64,000 nt of DNA from Spirochaetia bacterium (lineage in GTDB: Bacteria; Spirochaetota; Spirochaetia; CADAEX01), in assembly GCA_963662265.2 (NCBI GenBank), contig CAXXHA010000036.1:153132-217131 (forward strand), in the 5' to 3' direction. Made by a program: the position numbers and the translations under genes. Shown here one piece after another: positions 1 through 9,192 of this stretch (its first letter is position 1; each line of letters begins with the position of its first letter). The notes below the pieces were generated by a model. It saw nothing but the letters and a program-made list of their open reading frames with translations. It did not search any database and was not told the origin of the DNA.

Positions 1-1
1 A

Positions 2-3000
2 CATGACTACCTGTGGAGGGAATCAAAGGATGAAGAGCGACATGTAAAGAAAAAGCACTGGTGGAGTAATTTCTGGAAGAGAACTGCAAAGAAGATGAGA
101 AAGATGCGCCATAACATGACAGATGTGAACGGGAGTTATGAGCGGGGGAATAATCTGGGGCGATATTGCAAAGATATTTTCTGCCCGAATCGATTTTCTT
201 GATAAGAAAGATGAGATAAGAACACTCACTGGTGGATGCGATGGGGAAATTGTATCTTTTGATGATTTTATTATCTCACTTGATGCAGTTTCTGGGGAAC
301 TCCCGGATGAAGCAGGATCAGGTTTCAGGGATCTTCTTGAAAGCATATATGACTCGCTTACAGACGAGGATAAAAATACAAGCTATAACCTGTCTGTAAA
401 GACATTTGAAAAACTCAATGAGTACTTAAGCTGTAAGATATCTGAACTCAACATAATTACCGAGAAGCTTGAGAAAGAACGGGTAAGTCGTCTCAATAAT
501 TACAGGATATCCCTGAACAATCCTGAAGTCAGTTCAGATGAGGTCAAAAATCACTTCATAAATCTCTTTTTTGAATCAGAATACTCAACTTGCGAATCGT
601 CGCAAATATCACTCTCCGAAGTTTTATTATCATATTCAGATTCTGACGACTTAAAAGGACGGGAAAGGACTCTCTCCTTTGCAGCGAACGATGTAATGAA
701 ATACTTCTCAACTTCTCTAGATATAAAAAAGAGTGAGAATGATGAAAAGATAAAACTTCAGTACCTTGAACTGAAGGATAAACAGGGACTTTTTGAATCT
801 AGAATAGCAGAACTCTATGAGACAGGCGTAATTGAATGGAAGGTTGGTTTTACAAACCTTATCGGAATGAGGAAGAAGTGGAGAGATAATTTTCAAAGGG
901 AAGCAATTCTTAAAGAAGAACTCTGGAAGAGTAAGTATAAAATATTAAAAGAAAACAGGAATAGCTGGATAGAACAAAGTACAGCCGCAGTACAGAGGGG
1001 GGAGGCAGGGCGTCTTTCAAGGGAAATCGGGATAAACGCGGATAAACTCCTGTCAGAGAGCGAGATGATTATAATACCTGACATTAAGAATTCTCCAGAA
1101 CTTGATAACATAATTGAAGAGGTGACAGGGGCTGAGAAATTATCCTCTCTCATATCAGCTGCTTCCTTTTATTCGGCGAAGAAGGAGTCTGATAATATAA
1201 CTCCTTCATCATACCTTCCTGAGATTGGAAGTTTCGGAGGAAACGATCTCCGGCTTGAAAGCTATGCAGAGAACTTATCAAGTGAAATAAGAAAAAGGGC
1301 AGCCCTGCTTGAGGCCCTGAAAATGGCAAAGACTGTAACAGATGTAGAAGACGGGATTCTTGAGAATATAGAATCAGCCAACAGAAGTACAGAAAAGTCA
1401 CTTGCTGATACGCTTGAAGGGAAAGGGTACAGGAAAAAAGGAAATATCTTCTCCCGGAAAGCTATAATAGATATGACACTTCTGGGAGGGATAGAAGAAG
1501 AGCTTCATGAGATTGAAGCCTATCATTATTTTACAGCGCCTGAATTTAAAACAGGTGCAGACCTTACACGGGACTCATTATCCTCAATGAGCCGAAGGGA
1601 AATTGAATTAAAGGTTGAAAAAGCTGTTGCCAACCTTAAAAGATACGGAGAGATTATATTCGGAAGCAAAACTTCAAAGGAAGCTTCAGACTGGAAAGGG
1701 TTTGATGAAGAGTTTAAATCCTATGCAGGAAATGCTGAAAAGTCCTTCTCTTTATCGCGTCAGGCAACTAAATACAGAGACACAAAAGGACTTTTTTACA
1801 TACACCTGGGATATGCCCCGGTAATGGACAGCAAGTCTCCCGAAGTTGTTAAAACTGAAGGATACGGCGAATACGGAAGAATCTATGAGCTGTTCTTCCG
1901 GAACGAGGCAAGGCTTGGCCGAGGTATTGCAAGCCTTGATCAGCCCTGGTATTCCCAGAAGCTCTGGGATGATGACAGGGACAATGATGGGGAATCTGAC
2001 GGACTATTCGGGGCACCCAGTGTCAGAAGCATGGGAAACATTGCAATGTCAGTTGTTTCAGGCGGGGCCGGTATGTGGGCTTTCGCAGTTAATATGATTG
2101 ATGATGCTGCTTTCACTGCAATGGATATCGGAAGCGGAATAACAGACTGGGATGACGGGATGATGTCTCTGGGTAAGCAGACAACAGCCGGAGCTGTGAC
2201 CCAGGGGCTTGGAAACCGGTTCAAGATAGAGACAGACTCATTTCTTGCCTCAGCTGCACATACAGGACTGAAAACAGCATCCACAAACCTTGCGACTACT
2301 GCGATAAACTCATTTGACTTTAATTCCAGAGGAATCTATTTCAGTACAGACACATTTAGACGAAACTGGCAAAGTGATCTTTACGGTAGAGGAGCAGTGC
2401 CCGGGTATATAAACAGCATGGGAACTGCAGGACTTGATTCAACACTTACAGGTTTCTACGGCAAGGATCTTTCTTGCGGTAAAGCGTTAAGCTCAACAAT
2501 CGCAGGCAGCGCAGCAAGTATATATGAATACAACACTCTAGGTAGTACAAAGCTCAATCTGCTGAATTCATCTGACCTCTTTTTCCGGAACAGTGGATTA
2601 AAAGACAGATTCGGAGGAACAGGTATCCTGGAAATGGGAATCGGAGACGGGGGAAGTTTATTCGAGTTCGGGATAAATGGCCAGAATATGAGTGCTTCTC
2701 AGATAACATCAGCTTATAAGGGTATAAATACATATTATCAGAATGCACGGATCTATTCATCCGGGCAGGAAAATATAAAGGATGCTAGAGTCGCGATGAG
2801 GGCTCTTTATTCCCGCAGCACTTCAGATGCTGCTGCATCGCTATTATACCGCAACCTGCTGTCAGGTAAGGATAATCTTGAAATCGACAAGTCTCTTGAA
2901 GGAAGAGCGCAGACTGTTAAAAACAGCAGCGGAGGAAGAACTGTTAAAGTTTCATCATTGGGAAATGACTATTACAGCCGTCTTCACCTTGGTGTGGTTT

Positions 3001-4247
3001 TGGGACATGAAGCATACAGGGACGGGACAGATAATGGCAGAGAAGTACAGAAATCCGAGACAGTCGATGCTGTTTACAATCATACAAAAATGGCCCTTGA
3101 TATGGAAAACGACTATACCGGGTTTATTGAATCTGATGAAGCATTGATAAAAGATTTATTGAGATTAAGCAAAGCAGGTAATACTGGAGATTATGAAAAA
3201 TCTGTTCTGAGCGAGTATGAATCGGGGAGCGATTACTGGAAAGTTATAAAGCATAAAGATGGGAGTATAACAATGCTTGATGACGGAAGCGATGACGTTA
3301 CTTTGGTTGATGAAGAGACAGGTGCAGAAAAAATCTTTGAATATACCGGAGGAAGCAAGACAGGTTTTATTGCGGGTTCTCTTGGTTTAAGCAGGGACGA
3401 AGTCAATTACCAGATGGGGCCTGAAGCGGGGTGGAGTTATATTGACGGCAGGTGGGAAAACAAAACTGATGATAAAACTGTAAGGTTTTCACAGGCGCAG
3501 ATAGAAAAGATGAGTATCCGATTCAAAGAGCTGAGACGCATCAGTAAAGCTGAAAATGTTGATGAGGGAATTTTCAGGAAAATAGAAAATGCTGTCATTA
3601 AAGGAAAAAACTGGGTTTCTGAAAAATATACTGCTGTTAAAAATGTTTTTAATTACAGAAATTATATATCAAAGAAAGCTGTATCTGAATCGTCCGCATC
3701 TTCATATTACAGTAAAGGTAAAATCCTTCCATCTGAAATTCTTACAGAAGGTTATATCTCCCAGACTGCGCATGAGGAAGAAACCCATTTTCTTGAAAAC
3801 TGGTACACAAAAGGGCATCCCGCAGTTGATATCACAGGAAAGGGGAAGGTCCGGTTCCCTTATAATCTTGAACTTTTAAAAACAGGGAAAAATAACAACC
3901 GCCTTCTCTACCGTATAGCAGGTTCTGATGATTATCTTTATTTTACCCATATAAACCCCTCAGAATCTGAAGCTTTGCAGAAATTACTGGAAAAAAGCAG
4001 CGGCAAGAGTGTATCCTATAAAGCAGGGAAAGCTTTATTCAGCTATCCGAAAGTTAAGGATAAATATTCCACTGATCTTCACATACATGTTGAAATGTAC
4101 AGGAAAAAGGATGACGGCTCTTACAGTTTTGCTGATCCTCTGACCGGCGAGTTCCTTCCGGATTTTGGGTATATGCATAGTACAAAAGGTGATATATATA
4201 GTGTTTGGCGAATGAAATTACCAAAAAATCAAAAATATTGGAATTAG
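2..4247 (+). CDS. Giant (>1400 aa) protein, 5'-truncated by the window; C-terminal M23-like Zn peptidase domain; putative polymorphic toxin
   Basis: ORF 138-4247 (1369 aa). An open frame from nt 2 (HDYLWRESKDEERHVKKKHWWSNFW...YERG) joins it if one G is removed from the GGGGG run at ~144-148. The C-terminus has HPAVD (HxxxD, ~3816), YFTHI and STDLHIHVE...FADPL (HxH, ~4080), the M23/LytM motifs. Internal LGHEAYRDG motif at ~3000. Confidence 0.65.
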
Positions 4248-4257
4248 AGGTTAAATT

Positions 4258-4638
4258 ATGAAATATATTTATTTTTTTATTTTATTTATATTTCTCGCAA
4301 TTTACTGCAATGCTGAAAATAATGATTTAAAAGATCCTTTTGAAGGAGTCTGGGGAGATTTTCCAGGGTATGGGAAGATAAATGATTTTCTTATAATAAA
4401 TAAAATAGGGAATGATTATTTAGTGATTACTGCATTTACTGATGATGACAAATCTCAAAAAAGTATTGCTAAGAGATTAAATCACAATATTTTAAAGATC
4501 ATGATTAGAGGAAATCAATATACTTTAAAATGGGATAAAGATGGCGATGAAGAATGGCTTGAAATGTATATCGATCCAAATGTAGAAGAATACCCATATT
4601 TTGAACGTATCGAGAAATTTTCCATAGACAAGTTCTGA
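4258..4638 (+). CDS. Small secreted protein, putative immunity protein
   Basis: 126 aa, signal peptide MKYIYFFILFIFLAIYCNA, starts 10 nt after the giant gene with a GAGG RBS, visibly more AT-rich than its neighbours. Confidence 0.55.
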   Translation: MKYIYFFILFIFLAIYCNAENNDLKDPFEGVWGDFPGYGKINDFLIINKIGNDYLVITAFTDDDKSQKSIAKRLNHNILKIMIRGNQYTLKWDKDGDEEWLEMYIDPNVEEYPYFERIEKFSIDKF

Positions 4639-4663
4639 TTAATAGACTTCTTCAGCAAAAGTC

Positions 4664-5398
4664 CTACCGCATCTTCCTGATTCTGACTTCTGTCCCGCTT
4701 AGTCCTTTCAGCTTATCAACAAGCAGCATCGGGTCTGTCTCGCCGTAATGGTAGGGGTAGATGATTTTTGCCTTTATGGTTTTTGCCGCATCGGAAGCCA
4801 TGTCCGGGTCCATGGTATAGGGGAGGTTCATTGGAATAAATGCTATATCAATGTTTTTGAGCTGTTTCATCTCAGGGATATTTTCGGTGTCCCCTGCAAT
4901 ATATATTCTCTTGTCTCCCAGTGTCAGAATATATCCGTTTCCCTCCCCCTTGGGATGGTAGGGAATTCCGTTGTCCCTTTTGTGAACAATATTATAGGCA
5001 GGCACTGCCTCAATATTTATACCCCTTACAGTTTCTGAATCCCCGTTTTTCATCACTGTTCCTGTGCCCAGTTCAGTGAAGACTTTTTCAGAAACAACAA
5101 AGTCTGTATTTGATTTCCTGATTTTATCAATTGCATCTTTATCAAGATGATCCCTGTGCTGATGGGTTATTAGAATCATATCTGCATCAGGGAGGAGTGA
5201 GTAGTCTGCCAGTTTGCCGTAAGGATCTATGTGGATGCTTATTCCCCTGAACAGGATATGAAGAGTCCCGTGGCCTATAAAAGTGATTACGATATCTCCT
5301 TCAGAACTTTTAATAGTGTCAGATTCAAAATTGTTTTCGCTGAATGTTGAAAAGGGTGTAATCAAAACAAGTAACGGAAGTATGAATAAATATCTCAT
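4664..5398 (-). CDS. MBL-fold metallo-hydrolase (UlaG/Lactamase_B_3-like) with signal peptide
   Basis: Motifs ITHQHRDHLD, IYIAGDT and YPYHYG; hydrophobic N-terminus; GGAGG RBS. Confidence 0.85.
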   Translation of the reverse strand: MRYLFILPLLVLITPFSTFSENNFESDTIKSSEGDIVITFIGHGTLHILFRGISIHIDPYGKLADYSLLPDADMILITHQHRDHLDKDAIDKIRKSNTDFVVSEKVFTELGTGTVMKNGDSETVRGINIEAVPAYNIVHKRDNGIPYHPKGEGNGYILTLGDKRIYIAGDTENIPEMKQLKNIDIAFIPMNLPYTMDPDMASDAAKTIKAKIIYPYHYGETDPMLLVDKLKGLSGTEVRIRKMR

Positions 5399-5545
5399 TT
5401 TTATCCTCCGGATTTAAAGCTTATTAAGGAATTTTAAGCTATTTAAATTCTGTTAGCAATATACTTCTGCTGATTTTATTCAGGCTGGTATTGACCTCTT
5501 TTTTCGGTACAGAACTAATTTTTCTGTGTTTAACTGTTTTGCCTT

Positions 5546-8500
5546 TTAAGCGCTCCCCTTGAAGTCGAAGCTTATCTTTTTCTGAAGTTCCCCTATGTTG
5601 TTAACCGCATTTTTCAGCATTGCGTTTTCAAGATGTGTCAGGCTTCCCTGCTCTGCAAGGTTGTCCGGCCGTTTTTCTTCAGATACCGATGCAGCCTGCC
5701 TCTTGAGCCTTACCTGGTTCAGAAAGTCGTAGATATGGGTAATCTCTTTATGCGTTGCAGGGTGTATTATCCCTTTTTCCATAAGCGCATCTAAGCGGGA
5801 GAATGTATTTGTTTCTTCTATTCCGTGTTTAAGCGAATAAAGCCGTGCGAAATTGACTATAGGGAGGATGAGCTCCTTTATATCGATGATTTTTTTTGTC
5901 CCCTCTGATGAATCGAATATTATGTTTCCGAAAAGGTTTACAGGTACTTTGTAGAGGGCTGAACTGTTTGCAAGGTGCAGAAAAAACTGGGGGAATGATT
6001 TCATTGTATCTGATATGTGCTTCCCGAGATTATCTGTAAGTTCGGAACTTCCGTAAATCATCCGGTAGTCGAAAAACATATTGAAATGAAGAATCTCCTC
6101 CGGTTCCGGTTTTGTTATCCACTTTGTGAAGTATTGTTTCCATTCAGAGAGAGTGCAACACCACTTGCGGTTTTTTCCCATTATCCCGCCGCTGCAGAAC
6201 GGAAAACCAGCCTTGTTAAGCTCATCTGAAATAATTTCCCCGAGGCTCAGGAAGTAGTCTCTTGCCTTTTCAATATCTTCATCTTTATCAGGCTGTTCAA
6301 AAATTATCGCGTTATCCTGGTCTGAAGAAAGTGTCTGCTCTCTCCTCCCCAGGCTTCCGGGCGCGATGAATGCGAACCTTTCAGGGGGAGTCCCTATTTC
6401 TGTAATTGCTGTTTCAATTATTTTCTTTACAAGAATATCTGTAAATGTGGTTACTATTCTCATTATATTGAGAGACCTGTTTCCTGTTTCAATAAGTGCC
6501 TTGATAATGTAGGGGACATGGCTGAATGATTTCTGGAGTTCCCTCATTGTAGATGCGTTTTCGAGTTCCCCTGCTGTGACAGCTGCCGGGTATTTATGAA
6601 ATTCAATAAGGTCTTTTGCCCTGACGACATATCCGGTTTCATGATCCCCGTAGTCCAGGATAAGATGGCGTATATTGTATGTCTTCATAATGGAAACAGC
6701 TTCGAAAATAAGTATTCTGCTGTCTGCTTTCCTGACAGGGGAGGTCATTATTGTATAAACAGCATCATCCGCATTTCTTTCCTCGGCAAGGGCTCTCGAC
6801 CTGATATCCTTGTCTGTTACAATTCCCAGGATTTCTCCGGAATCAGACTTTACAAGAAAGGAACTCGAGTTGCTGCTGTTCATCATTTTTGCACCGTTTC
6901 TGATGCTTGTCCTGAAATTCATTACAGGTATCTGGCGGGATATTTCAAATGCCGGTTCACTCAGGAACAGAAGTGAACTCTGAAGCTCGCTTATAAGCCT
7001 GTTACGTCTGAGTTCAGCTTTGTGTATAGTCACCCGGCTGCTTATTTCCCTTACATTGACTATGTATCCCTCTTTTCCCGATATTTCGATACGGCCTGTT
7101 TCCATAAGGACAGAGATCCTTTTCCCGTTTTTTCCGGTTATTTCTGTCTCTGTCATGGAAGGGACAATTTCTCCCTTCTCAAGCATTTCCCCTATGACTG
7201 TTGAATCTGAATCAGAATGAAGCTCCCTGAAAAGATCGGAAGCTGTCAGCATCAGGAGTTCGTTCTCACTGTATGAAAGCATTTTTCTTACTGATGGGTT
7301 TGAGTAGGTGCATTTCCCGTTCTGTATTATCAGTGTTCCTTCATTTGTCCTGTCAGCAAGCGCCCTGTATTTTTCATCAGATTTCTGAAGTCTTATCCTG
7401 CTTTCCTTTAATACTTTTTCCTTTTTTATGTTCTGAAGTACAATTACCAGAAGGATTATGAAAAGCAGCATTGTAATGAAAAGCGAAATATCAACAAGAT
7501 ATTTTTCAAGCCTGGCTATTTCACTCATAACATCATCAATATAAATTCCGGTCCCTACAATCCATCCCCATTTTTTATAAAGCTTTACATATGATATTTT
7601 TGGAGCAACAATGTCTTTTTCGTCTTTCCACTGCCACTGGTACTGTACAAACCCCTCGCTGTTCTTCCTGACTGTATCGACTATTTTCAGAAATACAAAA
7701 TCCCCTTCTGTATCTGTGTAGCTGCTCAGGTCGCTGCCGACAAGATCTTTTCTGTAGGGATGAGCAATCATCTCAGGTTTTTGGTCTGTTATCCAGAAAT
7801 AGTCCTTGTTTTCCTTCCCGTACCGGATGTGGCTTATTACTGCGGCTGCCCGGTTTTGGGCCTCTTCAATTGTTATATCGCCTTTTTCATAATCGCTATT
7901 AAATTCATCAAGAATACTGACTGCTGAATGAGTCAGCTCCATTATCATCTCTTTTTTCCTGGACATTAGAATTTCCTCTGTCTTCGGAATAAAAAGATTG
8001 AATATGGAATAGGTGAAAAGGATTATACCGGCAGCAGCAGGGAGTATGATTTTTATATATGGTACTGTTTTCTGAAACCGGGTGAAAAAGCCTTTTTTCT
8101 GTACAATTTCAGGTATATATTTGATTTCATGTTCAGAATCAATATTTCCAAGGCCATTCCTGAAATTTACCCAGTCTTCTATACTGATGTTGACAACTGC
8201 ATTACTCATCTGTTTTACAGCTTTCCCGTGATAATCTGTTCCTGCAGAGATCAGAAGACTGTTTGATTCAGCAATTGATCTCAGTTTTTTTTCTGTTTCC
8301 CTGTTATATGCCGAATATATTCCTTCTATGCCGTCAAGTTCTTTCGCTTTTAGAACAGTAATTGCATCCTGAAGTATTTTATAATCTTCTGACAGGGTAA
8401 GCGGATGTGCAAGAAACACTTTTCCCCCCGCATTATGTATCAGTTCAATGACTTTCTCATAATGGGGTATATTTCTGCTGCTTCCTGCTATTTCACTGTT

Positions 8501-8770
8501 CAGTTCAGAGTTATCAATATCAAAGTTATAGCCCAGGAGATGGATTTCGCCCCACTGTGAAAATGCTGATATTTCAATTCCGCTTATAAACCCTATGCCC
8601 CGTTCTTTAAGAATATCTCTGAAAGGGCGGAGACCCTCGAGTGTGTCATGATCGGTTAATGATGCCACCTGTACATTTTTTTCAGAAAGAAAATTTGCCA
8701 GTTCCGCGGGACTCATCTGGCCGTCGCTCAGGTTTGAGTGGCAATGCATATTTACTGTAATAAATTCCAT
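5546..8770 (-). CDS. Multidomain membrane protein: PHP phosphoesterase - TM - sCache_2 - TM - PAS - CBS pair - DUF294 nucleotidyltransferase (GlnD/GlnE-like) - DUF294_C
   Basis: PHP motifs NMHCHSNLSDG, LTDHDT, GIEIS, IHLLGY, LAHP, GTDYHG. Cache motifs DYFWITD...IAHPY...KISYVKLYKKWGWIVGTGIYIDD between two TM helices. PAS KYRALAD...YSNPSVRKMLSYSENEL. CBS ILGIVTDKDIRSR...IMTSPV. NTase GSLGRREQTLSSDQDNAIIF, FFDYRMIYG, IDIKE, TNTFSRL. Confidence 0.85.
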   Translation of the reverse strand: MEFITVNMHCHSNLSDGQMSPAELANFLSEKNVQVASLTDHDTLEGLRPFRDILKERGIGFISGIEISAFSQWGEIHLLGYNFDIDNSELNSEIAGSSRNIPHYEKVIELIHNAGGKVFLAHPLTLSEDYKILQDAITVLKAKELDGIEGIYSAYNRETEKKLRSIAESNSLLISAGTDYHGKAVKQMSNAVVNISIEDWVNFRNGLGNIDSEHEIKYIPEIVQKKGFFTRFQKTVPYIKIILPAAAGIILFTYSIFNLFIPKTEEILMSRKKEMIMELTHSAVSILDEFNSDYEKGDITIEEAQNRAAAVISHIRYGKENKDYFWITDQKPEMIAHPYRKDLVGSDLSSYTDTEGDFVFLKIVDTVRKNSEGFVQYQWQWKDEKDIVAPKISYVKLYKKWGWIVGTGIYIDDVMSEIARLEKYLVDISLFITMLLFIILLVIVLQNIKKEKVLKESRIRLQKSDEKYRALADRTNEGTLIIQNGKCTYSNPSVRKMLSYSENELLMLTASDLFRELHSDSDSTVIGEMLEKGEIVPSMTETEITGKNGKRISVLMETGRIEISGKEGYIVNVREISSRVTIHKAELRRNRLISELQSSLLFLSEPAFEISRQIPVMNFRTSIRNGAKMMNSSNSSSFLVKSDSGEILGIVTDKDIRSRALAEERNADDAVYTIMTSPVRKADSRILIFEAVSIMKTYNIRHLILDYGDHETGYVVRAKDLIEFHKYPAAVTAGELENASTMRELQKSFSHVPYIIKALIETGNRSLNIMRIVTTFTDILVKKIIETAITEIGTPPERFAFIAPGSLGRREQTLSSDQDNAIIFEQPDKDEDIEKARDYFLSLGEIISDELNKAGFPFCSGGIMGKNRKWCCTLSEWKQYFTKWITKPEPEEILHFNMFFDYRMIYGSSELTDNLGKHISDTMKSFPQFFLHLANSSALYKVPVNLFGNIIFDSSEGTKKIIDIKELILPIVNFARLYSLKHGIEETNTFSRLDALMEKGIIHPATHKEITHIYDFLNQVRLKRQAASVSEEKRPDNLAEQGSLTHLENAMLKNAVNNIGELQKKISFDFKGSA

Positions 8771-8824
8771 AAAGTTACCTGAAACACATTATACTATGAA
8801 AAACGTCATGAATATAAGAAAAAA

Positions 8825-8842
8825 ATCGACTGCGTAGTCGGT
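8825..8842. promoter_or_regulatory. Palindromic putative operator in the divergent promoter region
   Basis: CGACT-gcgt-AGTCG (8827-8840), a GC-rich palindrome in an AT-rich spacer, just upstream of a TTGACG hexamer. Confidence 0.35.
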
Positions 8843-8901
8843 AATTAACTTGACGCGAATGATGAAAACAAGTAATGATTGAGAAAAAGGGGGTATTGTT
8901 G

Positions 8902-9192
8902 ATGGATCATGGACCAGCAATAGAGTATGGACCGGATAATGCCGCAGGTTACAAAACAAAACTTGGGCTTATTCTGTTTTTTGTCTATGCTTCAATTTAC
9001 GGTATATTTGTATTGATAAATACAGTTAATCCGGTATTGATGGAAAAAGAAATTTTCGGAGGGCTGAATCTTGCTATAGTATACGGATTCGGACTAATCA
9101 TTTTTGCTATACTTCTTGGTATTGTCTACAACATTTTCTGTACAAAAAAAGAGAAAGAACTTAATACAGATGTCGAGGGGGGTGATAAATGA
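8902..9192 (+). CDS. DUF485 (YjcH-like) small membrane protein, partner of ActP
   Basis: MDHGPA start, two TM helices, GLNLAIVYGFGLI motif; stop overlaps the symporter start (ATGA). Confidence 0.85.
   Translation: MDHGPAIEYGPDNAAGYKTKLGLILFFVYASIYGIFVLINTVNPVLMEKEIFGGLNLAIVYGFGLIIFAILLGIVYNIFCTKKEKELNTDVEGGDK

Noticed and set aside
138-146. ATG at 138 as the true start of the giant gene
   Set aside because: A protein-like open frame runs in from the window edge and joins by a single-G correction, so the gene probably starts upstream of the window.
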